DNA of 64,000 nucleotides from a bacterium (GTDB lineage: Bacteria; UBA8248). Shown in pieces: positions 1 to 17,619 of the stretch. The translations under genes were made by a program, and so were the position numbers. Location: the NCBI GenBank assembly GCA_965213685.1, contig CBDBZY010000064.1, forward strand, positions 1,571,322 through 1,635,321. Reading direction: 5' to 3'. The notes below the pieces were generated by a model, which did not search any database, was not told the DNA's origin, and was given only the letters and a program-made list of their open reading frames with translations. Numbering within the stretch: the stretch's first letter is position 1; each line of letters starts with the position of its first letter.

Positions 1-469
1 CATGGGGGGATGTTGCGGTGGACAGCCACCAACGTCCTCAGATGGTCCAGGTCCACTTGAAAAAATCTAATTTGGAACTGGCTCAGATGTGGTCGCTGGC
101 CGTACTGACTCAGCATTATGCCCCGTACTGGCAATAGTTGATTATGTCGCTAAGAGGGGTGAGAGACCGGGCCCCTTCCTTACCATCAACATGAGGGATC
201 CTGTCTTGAAGTCGTGGTTCATCACTCAGTTATAGGTGGTTTTAGCAGCTGTCGGGCTGCTACAAGACCAGTATGCAGGACATAGTTTCCATGTGGGGGC
301 TGCGACGATAGCAGCACTGGTCGGCATACAGGACAAGACTCTGGGTTGGTGGCACAGCGATGCTTTCCTTCAATATATTCATATGCCAAAAGGTAAACTG
401 GCGAAGATGTCAAAGGTTTTGATGGGTGGTGACAGGCGGCTGCCAGCACCCCCAAGGGGTTCGAAGTAA
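1..469 (+). mobile_element. Degenerate tyrosine recombinase of a DIRS/Ngaro-like retrotransposon (cut by window start)
   Basis: Frameshifted reading gives WGDVAVDS..VQVHLKKS, LCPVLAIVDYVAKRGERPGPF and YAGHSFHVGAATIAA..LGWWHSDAFLQYI, matching the HSFRxG..GRW..Y tyrosine-recombinase motifs. Confidence 0.75.
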
Positions 470-1675
470 TCATTACCTATGGTCACTAGGGTTCATTTTA
501 ACTGTGTCATCATAGCTTTCACATACGAGTGTCTCACCTCTTCATGTACGTTATATGGCTTAGTGTGTGTTCTATGCCAATAGCTCGTTTGGCATATATT
601 TTGTTATTCAATTCCTGTTTTGGAAGGTGATGCCCGTCCCCTCGCGTAAGACAAGAGATTGGGCGTCTCCATGGGCTGGGTTCGGTCCCTCTTCATGGGG
701 GCCCTCATTACAGAGTCCCCCAAAACAGTGGGATTGCGTAATGCTGGCATGTGCCGGTCTCCCATGGCATGAGTGACATTTTGGCGCCTGACCAGTGTGC
801 ATACTCACAGATTTGCGAAAGCAAGGCTATGCAATTAATTAACCCTGGTAGGCAATTAATCAACGTGTCAGGCCATGGGGTCACGTGCCAGGCGTTGCAT
901 TCCAGCCCGGCGCCTCCCAAAAGCTAGAGTGAGGTGCATTAGGGCCTTGCGCATATTCCATCAGGAGGACCAGAGTTAAATACACAAAAAAGATGTAGGG
1001 AAGGGGCTACTTGTGTAGTCCTCTGTGCTGCCTACACACTATCATCCATACATCTAGCTTATGTGGTTTTTGGCACTGCCATCCCTACATCCCTCTACAT
1101 TTTTGGAAAATGTTCTTTATACTTGTTTGTGTGATTTTTTGTTGTACCACAGTATCATACAGGAGGTTGTCGCTCTCTAAGTTAAGCACCAACACCTTTA
1201 GTATGCATGTATGTTAGTGTGTTTGTGGAAGAGGGGCTGAGCCCCTCAAAACTTAGACTTTAGCTACTTGGGAAGTATCAGTGGCTTCCAAGTACGACCT
1301 GGCGGATTATAGCACTGTTCACCACTGTGACATTTGCTAAGATTCTGTTTCCTTGGGATCATACTTGAAAGTGAAACTCAGTGATGCAATCTTGGGGGCA
1401 TACCGATTGGCTGGAACAATGCCTCTTGGTGCTCAGAGGGTCTTGAAGAGAACACGAAGGTCTGCTATAAGAAGGCTTTTGTATGTACACACAATTAGTG
1501 TGTCAGCGCCATCCCTACATGAACAGTCTACCAACTCTGAAACAACAGCGAAGTAAGATACTGCTGAAACACAGGCCACTCACTGCTATCATTCGCTTGG
1601 GAGAAATTACTAGGGTGTGGCTTTGCGTGATTGTGCGCGAGCGCGAGGAAAAGTCGTTTGAAAGAAATCTCTTAA

Positions 1676-2388
1676 GGTTACGGCATAGTGTTTGCTAATT
1701 AATATTCATGAGATTTTTAGGTAGTATTTTTTTCAGCACAGAAATAACCTACAAGAACGCAGCAAACAGCAAACGAATCTATATATACCATATTTCATAG
1801 CTATATAGTTTTGTTGCTGCTACACCAATAGCATTCACACTGGTCAGGGAGTCCACCACCACAGCTTCGCGACATTTTTTGGTGTCAGTTTTTGCTTACA
1901 TGAAGGTGTGCAACAACGGTTTCTTCACACAGGCGGGGCGTGTAGGACCTAATGCAGGTCGGCATAAAGAGTTTTGGGCTTTAGCTACCCTGTGAGCGAA
2001 GTAGTGACCGCTTTGGTGGCTTAAATCCATCATCAACCCACGATCTCCTCGACGTATCAGGCTCTACCTCGCAAACGAAACGTCATGTATACAAAATTCT
2101 TTCATGCCGACCTAGTTATTTCATTGTATAATACGATCGACGAAGAATATATGGTGGAGCATTAGAACCGCGAGAGAAAACTGACGCCAAAATTCTCGCG
2201 CTCGTCCATGCGCTACACCTAGCGGCTATACAGAACTCTCCCGCACGTTCAGCCACAGACGCTGCATAGCAATGAAGTGCAGTATACATTGGTTCTTAAG
2301 CTGTTTACTGCATTTCTCTAGCTTTTACCCCTACTGAGGAAATTAGTAGCTATTCTTCTTATTAATGAGCAAACACTATCCCGTAACC
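1676..2388. mobile_element. Non-autonomous DNA transposon with TTAA target duplication (Kolobok-like), nested in a HINE-like copy
   Basis: TIRs GGTTACGGCATAGTGTTTGCT / AGCAAACACTATCCCGTAACC; TTAA at 1672-1675 and 2389-2392. Confidence 0.7.
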
Positions 2389-3934
2389 TTAAGAGGAAGA
2401 AGAATCAGAAAGAAAAAGAAATCACCAGTTCACCTGTTTCCTGGCAGTAGGCCACTGGGACCAAGCCAGTTCGTGTCTGCCATTTTGCTCAATGCAATGC
2501 CTCTCCGTTTCACATCCATACAGCTAGTGCAATAATGGTCCCACATAAGCGCATGCGTATACGAGGCTATAGTGTGTGCACACACGTACATAAGACAAGC
2601 AGGACACTAGACTATAGCCCATCCATCTGTGCAGGCTGTTGTAGCATGCAATGCAACTGCACCGAGGGTCTTCTTGAGGTCAGGACTGATATTCTGTAGT
2701 GCACCATGTAGGACTCCTTGGGACATATGCTGCATAGAACATGCTTACTTTGGCGCTCAGTGGCTGGGGCTGTGGAGTAGCTACACGTGTACGTCTTTTG
2801 GACAAAATGTACCTCATGCAAGGTATAAGGTACAGCAGTTGTGCTCTTCATACTCCATACTGTCCCAGAGTTAGACACAAGAAAACTACTTGACAAAAGT
2901 TGTGTATTTGTGATAATGTAATCCCAAAATAGTATGTGAGCCAGGTGCACTGGCAGAATGACTGGAGAGCTTTTGTTTGCTACTCATCATTGAAAGGACA
3001 CATGTTTGGCCACGTACAGGTACATGTACATGTAGATATTGGCTCTAACAACTTGCACGTGATGGAGATGACTAGGCATCAGGTATATGGTCTCTTGTCA
3101 TGGCTGCTTGCACGTTAGTTCATCCACATACACCAGTACATGTACATTCTCTGTACGCTTGCCATCTTTCCCCAGTAGATTATTAAGAAGTGTCTTTAAA
3201 ATAAATGGAATAATAATTTGCGCATGTGAAGACAATTTGTACCAGGCTGTCTTTTTCGGCTTCTGCACCACGGCCTGGGAATGAGGCTACAGTAGACTGA
3301 GATGGGGTGGTATTAACCTAACATGCAGCAATCCAAGCTTACAAATGTCAATCTCTGAGGACATTTCAAGTGATGTTAGCCTGAGAGACCACATGTTTAA
3401 ATGTCAATCTTCAGAAGAGAAGGTAAGGGATATTTAAAAACTGATCGAGCCTACAAGAGTTGATGATTAGAAACCATATTTCGATCTGGAGTTGATATTC
3501 ATTAATGTCTATGGAAGGTTTATATACATGTATATACATGTATGTCACAGATTTGACATTGATCTACAGTAGGCATGGTGTACAAAGAGTGATTCGGCAC
3601 ACCATACTAGTACTTACTGCTGACACTGGCTACTACACTATACAGTTGCCCATACATGCCCACATGCCCATATACATGTACATGGTGCCTAGATTAATTA
3701 GCTCCTTACATCCATAATGTACACACCAATTGCAAGGTCATTTTTCCAATTGTGGTTGGGGTGCCTACTCACATGAGGTCTGGCTATGGGAACACTTCCT
3801 TGACTCAGTCTCAGTGGTACATGTCATAAAGATTGGCAACTTGTACGACATTGTACATGTACATATACATTGTACTTCTCTATGTACTTACATTGTACAT
3901 GTAGCATAAGTGAGAGGCTACAATGTATACTTAC

Positions 3935-4325
3935 CAACATTTTCAGTGCTCACACTCGTGGAGAATCCACTTGGTTCGAAACAGCAAAGACCTAAACAAG
4001 CAGAGTGCAGCTATCCTGAAAACCACAAAAACAATGTGATGGTGCATGAGGTTCTCATGCTTACCTCTGTAAGAACCAGTGATTCTCCTTGCCAAGACTT
4101 GGTGCGCTCCTCCAGAGGGAATGAAGACGGCTTGTACCAGTGATTTCCATGAGGCATCTCCACTCTGTAGCCACTCCAACAAGGCCAGAGCAAGACATTC
4201 ATCAACTGCTCTCCCGTGCCGCTGAATCTGGTCCTGACTAGTCACTCCCAGGTGCACAGAAAATGAATACCATCTGGCAGACAGCTCATGTAGAGCACGG
4301 AATAGGTAGGGCAGGTGCTCATCAC
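3935..4325 (-). CDS. Extra death-domain exon (4065-4325, 261 nt, phase 1-1) plus 57-nt micro-exon (3935-3991)
   Basis: HLPYLFRALHELSARWYSFSVHLGV..DECLALALLEWLQ..ASWKSLVQAV has the death-domain W/LG/WL/SW pattern; CAG acceptor, GTAAG donors, 73-nt intron. Confidence 0.7.
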
Positions 4326-5461
4326 CTGGAGTGGTAATACAGTTAGTGGCTATTGTGGAGACTACCAACTGAACATGTTCTACTTAGTGGGAGTGAGGGC
4401 CTAAGGAGACAAAAATACATGTACTTCTTTTTTATAGCCTCCTTGTCAAAGTACTCCTCCACCTGCCCGGAACCTGTACTAAAGTACTGGATTCCCTGTT
4501 ATTCAATACTAGGACCAAGGTTGATGAAAGCCCAATGTACATGTACAACGCATGTACACGAGTATGAACTACATGTACATGAACAGCTGTACATGTACAT
4601 GTACCTCCATGAACTGGCTGCTAATCTGCTACACATACGTCTGAGAGATGCTACAATACCAGTAGTAGAGCAGATGGAAATTAGTCTAAGGGGCCATATT
4701 GGAGTAGGCCTTACTCCAGCAGGAGATAATTGCCAGGGTCAAAGTACACTGTACACACCTGTCAGTGTCTTGTGTTGGTTGGGTGCTCTACAGACACGAG
4801 GCAGTGAACACGGACCAGCATTGCTCATGCCATGAGTTTGTATAGAACAATAATTAGTCCTAACACGGATAGTTCTATCATCCATGGTCCTATGAGACTG
4901 CCCTCGTGACTTACACAAGTCATCCATGTCATCTTCGTGAATCTTCGCCAGCAGGTCCGCCAGCGCCTTGTCCTCTCTCCTACTCGCTATGGAACACATG
5001 ACAGGGCACATAGGACAGAGAATTATCTTCAAACTAAAGAGTATAACATCTATGTACGTACTTACACATTTCCCACAACGACCGTCACGTGGGCGAGTAC
5101 GCGTAGTACAATGATGTCACCAAGTTGTCTAACAATAGTTGCAAAAATTATCAACGTCTATGTGAAGCTGTTCTCGTAAAAATATCTGCTGCATGTTGGA
5201 TGTGAATTGTGTACCATCAGAATTTGTGACACATGTATACAATTCAAGATGTGCCTGAGGGTATTGTGCAAGTTTCTGTGACAAACTGTGTGAACATCAA
5301 ACCATTCCAATAAAGAATACTGAGAGATTAGTATGTGATCCTAGGCTCAAAAGGATTGCTATACAACCACTTGCAACAATACAAATGCATACATTCGGTG
5401 AGTATAGACATGTGCATGTATAGTAAGACATGACTAATTCCACAATTGACACATAATCACT

Positions 5462-8136
5462 TCAATCAACTAAGCGGCTTTCAATGTCAGAAGCAAGAGT
5501 GTTGCAATCAATTTCCTTCAAGCACTGCACTAGTCTACCCCAGGTCAGCTCTGTAGGTTGCCTCTCCAGCCACCGCTGCAGTATGGCTCTGGCTATGTCA
5601 GCTGGGTTAGAATAATGTGCACGTTCCAGTCCTGACACAACAGCACCACTCTCATCATTGAGCAGTAGTAGACCAAATGGTATGTAATGTACTCCTATCC
5701 GTTCAGGGATGCTGAGAGGCCCATCAGGTCCTGGAAATGCTTCCAATTTCACCATATTTGGACGACCTCCTGAAAATGATAATTCAAAGAATGAGGGAGT
5801 TGTGTATCTTTGAAAGCAACATGAGCGTTACAAAAGTGAACAGTACACACAAGCTAATATTAATGCATATTTCTTTACTTCAGAGTGAACAAGTGACAAA
5901 TTTTCTTAAAGACTAATTGCAATAATTGTATTTTTTGTCAAGCCCCTGTCTATACTGTATTTTAAAAAAGGAAGAGAGCCACATGCAGCTATTGACTTAC
6001 TTCGAGATAGTTCACTTACGGCATTTCCTAAAGTGGACAAAGGAAAGTAAATACACATGCATAGGCTGCCTCATAACAATTGTGACTTACTCTATCAATG
6101 CACACTGAGAATACATACGTGAAAAAAAAGCAACATTTCTACATTTAAGTAGAGTAAATCGGACACCATCTATTGTTGGATGTGTTTGTAAAGTGTGTGT
6201 ATTACTAAAGTAGTTACTTTTAGCCACAAATTGTAGTCCTTAGTCACAAACCTCTGTAGAAAAATAATCGCTTTTGTCAAAGCTCCTAGGCCTGAATTGT
6301 GTGGCGATAAATGACCGTCTGAAAAGAATGCATTAACGGACTAAAGTATCAATCTATGGACGACTTCCCAAAGGAACACATAATGCAAGGAATTCTATCG
6401 AAAGTATACTTCATATACAGTGTCATCCTTTGGCTATCCAGCGAACTATAGTTTGGCTGAATTGGTCTTGAATGCTTCGCACATCATCACTGTAAACGTA
6501 CCATAGTCATGTAATTAATGTTCGGACACAAAAAACAGTTTTTGCCTTATTGAGCCTGAGACACGTAAGTAATTTTGCCTCCAAAAATGTTTACACATAC
6601 TACTGGTCCTGTAAAAAATAACTGTACCACTATTATCTGCTTTTGGAATATTTGGATAATTTATGTACAAAATTCAAAAACAGGTAAAATCACGAAAGGG
6701 GGTGTAGTTGTTTTGCACATCACCAGTGCCACTTGAAGGAATTATTGGAAGCAGACGTATTCATTTGCCTCAGGTGCAAAAGGGCAAAGAACGCTTTTCG
6801 TGTCCGAACATTGATTACGTGACTTAGATAAGTTTACAGTGATGACGTGCGAAGCAATCAAGATATATAGAGCCAAACTATAGTTCGCTGGATAGCCAAA
6901 GGATGACACTATATATGAAGTATACTTTCGATAGAATCCATTACATTATGTGATCTTTTGAGGAGTCATTTGTAGATTAATACTTTAGTCTGTTTATCAG
7001 TATGTGTTATTTTCGGACGGTCATTTATCGCCACACAATTCAGGCCTAGGAGGTTTGACAAAAACGATTATTTTTCTACAGAAGTTTGTGACTAAGGACT
7101 ACAATTTGTGGCTAAAAGTAGCTACTTTAGTAATACACATGCTTTGCAAACATGTCCGACAATAGATGGCGTCCGATCTTCGGTGGCTTACTCTATACTA
7201 CCATATCTTCAGTAGATATGAAGACTGCAGACTAGAGGATGGATACAGTGTCAAACACACAGATGACAACCAAGTACAGTGGTCTAGATATGCCTTAACT
7301 GCTTCTGTCATATGATTCTATATTGACATACTCCTTAGGAGTATTACAGAGGCCCTCTGGTGAGTGGAAGGTAAGATTATTGGCTAGTACATGTGTATAT
7401 AGTACTGTTTTGTCTGACTACTAAACACTTCTCTACAGACAATAACACTGTAGGAAATACATGAAGCTATCGTCTATGAAATTTGTGTACATTGGAGGCG
7501 CAGTAAACACTAAAACATTGATGCAAATCAACATGCCACATGACAACAAGGCAATAAAGCCATAGCACAATAGCACAATTGTACAAGTACATGTGTGAGG
7601 AGATACAGTGCATGAGAGACCTCACCTTGCACACTATTCCTGCCACTTGCTGCACCCCCAGTCCATATACCTCCCAACCGAGAGTATGCACCTTAGAAGA
7701 GTGATGTAATGCCATACTCATAGCTGCACCACAATACTAGTTAACTATACACACTAGGCTCAACCAAAGTTTCCCCGGAGTCACACCCACTATCGATTTG
7801 TACCAGCATAGATAAACGGCGGTAGTCTACCAGTTTACATCCTAACCTACCTTTCAGCTCATCTCCGAGCCAAGAGGTTCCGCCTGTCTTTGACAGAATA
7901 CCCACCAGATCCTGAAACACTCCCCTCCTCCCGCTGCCCATCACACTAAAGAGTACTTTTCGCAGGCGGTCGGCCTCTTCGTGGTGCGGGTTGTTGGCAT
8001 ACTGAACGATGTTCATGCCAATAATATCCTTCGATAAAAGCTCTCCTGCTAGCCACGCTGGATCCACTTGGGAGTTTGTGAATCGAGGAAAAAGCTCTTT
8101 TAGGGCATCATAACCTGCTTTGTCTGTACCGTCCAT
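5462..8136 (-). CDS. Gene B: CARD-death domain adaptor (exons 8136-7851, 7691-7626, 5769-5462; about 219 aa)
   Basis: CARD-like exon MDGTDKAGYDALKELFP..VFQDLVGILSK..SWLGDELK; linker AYSRLGGIWTG; terminal death domain IPERIGVHYIPFGLLLLNDESG..ILQRWLE..TWGRLVQCLKEI; phase-1 GT-AG junctions, 660 nt in frame. Confidence 0.75.
6149..7195. mobile_element. Foldback/MITE element with about 400-bp inverted arms, in an intron of gene B
   Basis: 6158-6560 is the reverse complement of about 6770-7180 (e.g. GGCCTGAATTGTGTGGCGATAAATGACCGTC); another arm copy at about 28955-29450. Confidence 0.8.
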
Positions 8137-8304
8137 CTTCACCGTCCAAACACAACAACGGTCATAGGGGGTGTGGCCTCAGGACTTCCGGCATACTTTA
8201 GCGGCAGAGAGTTTAGCTTTGCGTACGCAGCACTGTACAGTGGATCTAGCATCACTTGTATGAAAATAACAAAAGCTGTAATAAAGTAATAAGCAATTGA
8301 ATAC

Positions 8305-10315
8305 CTAATCACTCAACACTTCTACAGTCACTCCATATTTCTTTGCAATCGTATCTGCAAGTTTTTCTTCCCCAATTGTGTTCAGTGCAGTGGCCACCTC
8401 CTGCCAGGAGGGACTCACAGTTTGCCTCAGGTATTGCTGGAACATCAGTCTCATCTGCTTCCGGACATCACCACGATTGTCCTTTTCAATTACATTCAGA
8501 TCATACTCTTTGATGTTCAGTTGAAGACCTAAACCAAAAAAGTTGGTGGTTTGTACCACACTAAGAAGTTCCTTTAGTGTGGGTTCAGTCTGTTGCTCTT
8601 GCACTGCAATGTCCATGTGTATGTGTACAATAAAAGAAGTAGAACTGATCAAGCATTAACAAACACTGCTAGATGTATACACTACAGCTATTCTGAAGGA
8701 AATTTGGTCTATACTGATCACAGTGATCTTGGAAGTTCTCACTCCAATGAAATACATTCCCACCAACACTTGGTGTAAACAAAAAGATGTCCTAAAATGT
8801 AGAAGGATGTATAGGAATGGCAGTGCAAAAAACCACAGAAACTATAAGGTGCATAGGGATGACAGTATGCACAAAGATTATCCCATCTCTACATCTTTTT
8901 ATGGCATACTCCTAGAGACTATGCTACAAAACTACTGGAAAAACAGCATTGTACAGTGAAAAAGAAAGATGTAGGGGTGGGGTTACTTGTGTAGTCTTTG
9001 TATGCTGTCTTGCCTGCATGATGTTATCCCCACATCGAGTTTCTGTGGGTTTTGCACTGCCAACCGTATATCCTTATACATTTTTGGAAAAGTTTGTTAT
9101 ACTTGTTCGTGTGCTTTTTTTGTACAGCACTACACTAAAGGCTGATGTTATTCTTGCAAGCTACTTTCAGACACAAATCAGCCCCCACAGCAGACTTTGC
9201 TGCATATCACGCACATGGAACAATGGGGCTTGGGCACCCCAACTTTAGAGCTGAGAGTCTGAGACCTGGAGCTACCTCACTTGCTGTATATGACTACCTA
9301 ACTCATACATGTACAATGGCAAGCAAGATGCTGCCCATACACACTCCTTTCAGGCACAAGGAATATGCAGCTGCAGTAGCCTTTGTCACAAGTGAAGAAC
9401 TAGTAGGCATGGCTTCACTATCAGCATCATATTGGGCCATGAAGTGCCACACTAAACATATCCTGACACCTTCCTTCTACTTGGTACACCTCAAGTTAAA
9501 TGTACATGCATACCTGCATCATCAGATTTCACTTTGGCTTCTCCTCCATTCCCAGTCCACCTGCCACCAGCGTCAACATAGGCAACTGAAAAAAAGGTTA
9601 ATATAGCCTGTTGAATTCCTTCATTTTGACACTTGACACTGTTCCAAGCTAGCAAAACTCCGTATTCACTATGGATGATTCATTTGAGTTTCGCTAATGA
9701 TCCATTTCTGAAAGCATTGTGCTAAATTTAGTTACATCAGAGACCAGATCACACTCCTAGCAGACTACGTGTTTAGGCTGAAGATTGTATAGAAATGCAA
9801 CTCACTCTATAACAAACTTAAGCCCTGCACTAGCAGGCAGCTTATCTGCCTTGGCTGACAAATGCAAGGCATTCACACAAAACTCAACACAAACACTGAA
9901 TGTCTATCCCAGGTCTAGTCTCGTGAGGCATACTCATTTGACTCATAGTCATCAGTCTTACTGTTGAGCGACAAGCACAGATTTCTGATTCAATACATGT
10001 CGACAGCCAGCTTTCAATCATTAACCTACCTTTAAGCTCTCTTCCGAGCCAAGAGTACGTTTCACTCTCTAGCAAAATGCCGGCCAAATCTTGAAAGACA
10101 CCTTCTCTTCCATTCCCCATCACCTCACGCAGCACTCTTCGTAAACGCTCAGCCCTTGAGTGATACGGATTCGCAGCATAATCCTGCGTGTCCTCACCAA
10201 TGATATACTGTGTCAGTAGTTGGTCTGCTAACCATCCTGGATCTACTTGGGAGCGTGTGAACCGAGAAAACAGTTTAGTTAAGGCGTCGTGACCGGCCCT
10301 ATCGGTCCTGTCCAT
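8305..10315 (-). CDS. Gene A: CARD-death domain adaptor (exons 10315-10030, 9585-9514, 8603-8305; about 218 aa)
   Basis: CARD exon paralogous to gene B (59/95 identical by manual count, same 286-nt length); linker AYVDAGGRWTG; terminal death domain PTLKELL..FFGLGLQLNIKEYDLNVIEKD..MFQQYL..PSWQEVATALNTIGE; 657 nt in frame. Confidence 0.8.
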
Positions 10316-10699
10316 TCCTACATGTACTTCGACCGTGGGCAAAACGAAAGTCTACATTATCTATGAATAAACTAACTAGTAACAGTGTTACACCCACATA
10401 GCGTGCATGTTTCCACCTAGGGCCACGCCTTCTAGTGCGCGGAGACGATCGAGAAGGCGTGGCTCCGCGGGGTTCTGAGATTCGTAAACAAATCGCCACT
10501 GCTGCCGCGATGAAAAAGGAGATGTTCGAGCAGTATCTACTTTCCAGTACAAACAAACGTTGATGCAACTGGTACAAGTTAGGCAGTCAGACAAAGTGAG
10601 GCAGCCGCTGTGCTCATGCCTCCAATATCTCAGTCGCTGCTGTGATCGCTGATTTGTTTGGTAGAGTCTGAAAGAAGCTTGCAAGAACGCCGTCCTCCT

Positions 10700-10954
10700 C
10701 AGGGTTCTATCTGGAAAATGGTGGTGGGGGGGGAAGTTCTCTCGGGTCTTCAAATGCGGTGGATAAATTGACTTACAACAGCTGTAAATAATTGTCTGGG
10801 GCAATATCCTCCAGAAAGGTTTCTGATTTTGAACTTTCTAAAAATCACTTTTGCTGCAATCTAGACCAAAACATGTTAATGGATTTGGGGGAGGGGGAGC
10901 TGGAGAATTTGAGGGAGAATTCCCCCTTGCCCCCCTCCAGTGGATAGAACCCTG
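10700..10954. mobile_element. MITE with CAGGGTTCTATC terminal inverted repeats
   Basis: CAGGGTTCTATC ... GATAGAACCCTG. Confidence 0.6.
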
Positions 10955-10966
10955 CTCTTTTATTGT

Positions 10967-12140
10967 ACAAGTATGAAAAACATTTTCCAAAAATGTAGAG
11001 GAATGTAGGGATGGCAGTGCCAAAAACCACAGAAACTAGGTGTACGGATAGCAGTGTACAGGCAAGACAGGTTGTAAAAAGACTACACAAGCAAGCCCAT
11101 CCCTACATCTTTTTTTTACTACACATTGATGCTCCCAGTAATCTCATAGCTAAACTCGCAGAACTCAAAAGATGTAGGGATGGGCTTGCTTGTGTAGTCT
11201 TTTTACAACCTGTCTTGCCTGTACACTGCTATCCGTACACCTAGTTTCTGTGGTTTTTGGCACTGCCATCCCTACATTCCTCTACATTTTTGGAAAATGT
11301 TTTTCATACTTGTTTGTGTACTTTTTCTTGTACAATAGTACACAAAATGTTCTTGCAAGTTTCATTCAAAATCCAACAAACATATCAGTGATCAGAGCAG
11401 CCATTGCTACTAGTCAGCGGCGGAGATACGAGTGGGCCTTAAACCCCGTGATCAGTCACTTACGAAGTTGGGAGGCTGAGTCCCTCTAAAAAAGTCCTGA
11501 GCTAGAGTAGTTTCCTCAGTGTATCTGACTAGGTAACTCATACCAGTTACCTTAACATTCGTTGTACAATTGTACGGCGAAGTAAGAACGCGCTCTTTTC
11601 AGTGACAAAAGATCGAGTAGCCTTTGCTATGTCAAGCCATCGAGAAATTAATAGGCGTGGCTTCGCGAGGCCCGCCCTCACGTGCTTACAAGTTGCGCCA
11701 CGTGACAATAATTACTAGAAAATGGCTTCCAAATATGGTAAAGTTGTCTGGGGCTCTAGATTCTGCCCATAGTAGAGAAGATACTAACATTTTGTTAGCG
11801 CAGATCACACTTCGTAGTGATTACAGTGGATCTGTGAAAGAACTATGGTGATTACTTCAGCCAGTTTCGAGTAAAGTCGTTTGAAAGAAATCTCGTAAGA
11901 AGAAGAAGAATAAGAAAGAAAAACAAAATCACCCTTCGTCCATTATCTGGCAGTAAGTCAAGGAATGCATTCTAGCTACTTGTGGGGTATCGTTGGGTAG
12001 AGAATCGGTTGAATAGGCTATTCGCGTGCCGAGAAAGGCTTAAAACGCGAGTGTTCGCGAGTTAAGAAGGCTTTCCAATGTACGCGCACTATGGGAGTGT
12101 CGGAGCCATCCCTACATAGAGAGTCTACCGACTCTCTGAT
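10967..12140 (+). mobile_element. Helentron/HINE-like non-autonomous element with head palindrome (147-bp arms, 53-bp spacer)
   Basis: Sub-terminal inverted repeat ATGTAGGGATGG / CCATCCCTACAT; terminal hairpin AGAGAGTC-TACC-GACTCTCT at 12118-12137; arms 10967-11113 and 11167-11313 are perfectly complementary. Confidence 0.65.
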
Positions 12141-12521
12141 TATTGTACAAGAAAAAAGCTCACAAAACAAGTATAGAAACGGTCTACAAATGTGGATGTA
12201 TGTAGAAATGGCAGTGCAAAAACACTATAGAAACTAGGTGTAGGGATGGCTGTGTGCAGGTAAGACAAATGACCCCATCCCTACAGTTTTCTTTTTTATT
12301 GCACAAGAGAAAAGATATAGGGATGGGATTACTTGTGTAGTCTTTATAAAACCTGTCTCACCTGCACACTGTCATCCCTACACCTAGTTTCTATGGTTTT
12401 TGGCACTGACATCCCTACATCCCTCTACATTTATGAAAATTATTTATATACTTGAACACTCCCTCTGTGACAAATTCTGTCAAGATGTAACAAGTTAAAT
12501 CAGCCTGACAGGTATGTGTAC

Positions 12522-17338
<4,817 letters not shown>

Positions 17339-17619
17339 TGGGGGGAGGGAAACATATTCATTTAATCTGAATACACATTACAATGAGGAGTGGATAAGCC
17401 CTAAGATCAGTTTGCCTAGGTGATATCCCCTTTCCCTGTCCATCTCTCTATTTCTGTCCTTTTTTCCTACCTCAATTCCTTATCTGTCTCTCTTTCTATA
17501 AAGAAACAAGGTCCAGACCTACCAGGGAGGGTGAGGTCTCAAGGAGTGAGGGAGAGAATATCTGAACATTGGGCCATTGTGGGCTCCTGGTGTGCTCCAG
17601 TGAGTCAGTACGATACAAA

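Noticed and set aside
4739-5032. 97-aa minus-strand ORF between the DD exons
   Set aside because: No recognisable domain or convincing splice sites
8168-8191. KLF-like and ETS-like (CCGGAAGT) motifs before gene B
   Set aside because: Short motifs cannot be called as regulatory sites without TSS or conservation data
10845-11489. Repeated ORFs MCSLFTTCLACTLL.. on both strands (also 53831, 54146)
   Set aside because: Product of the palindromic repeat arms; no coding signature
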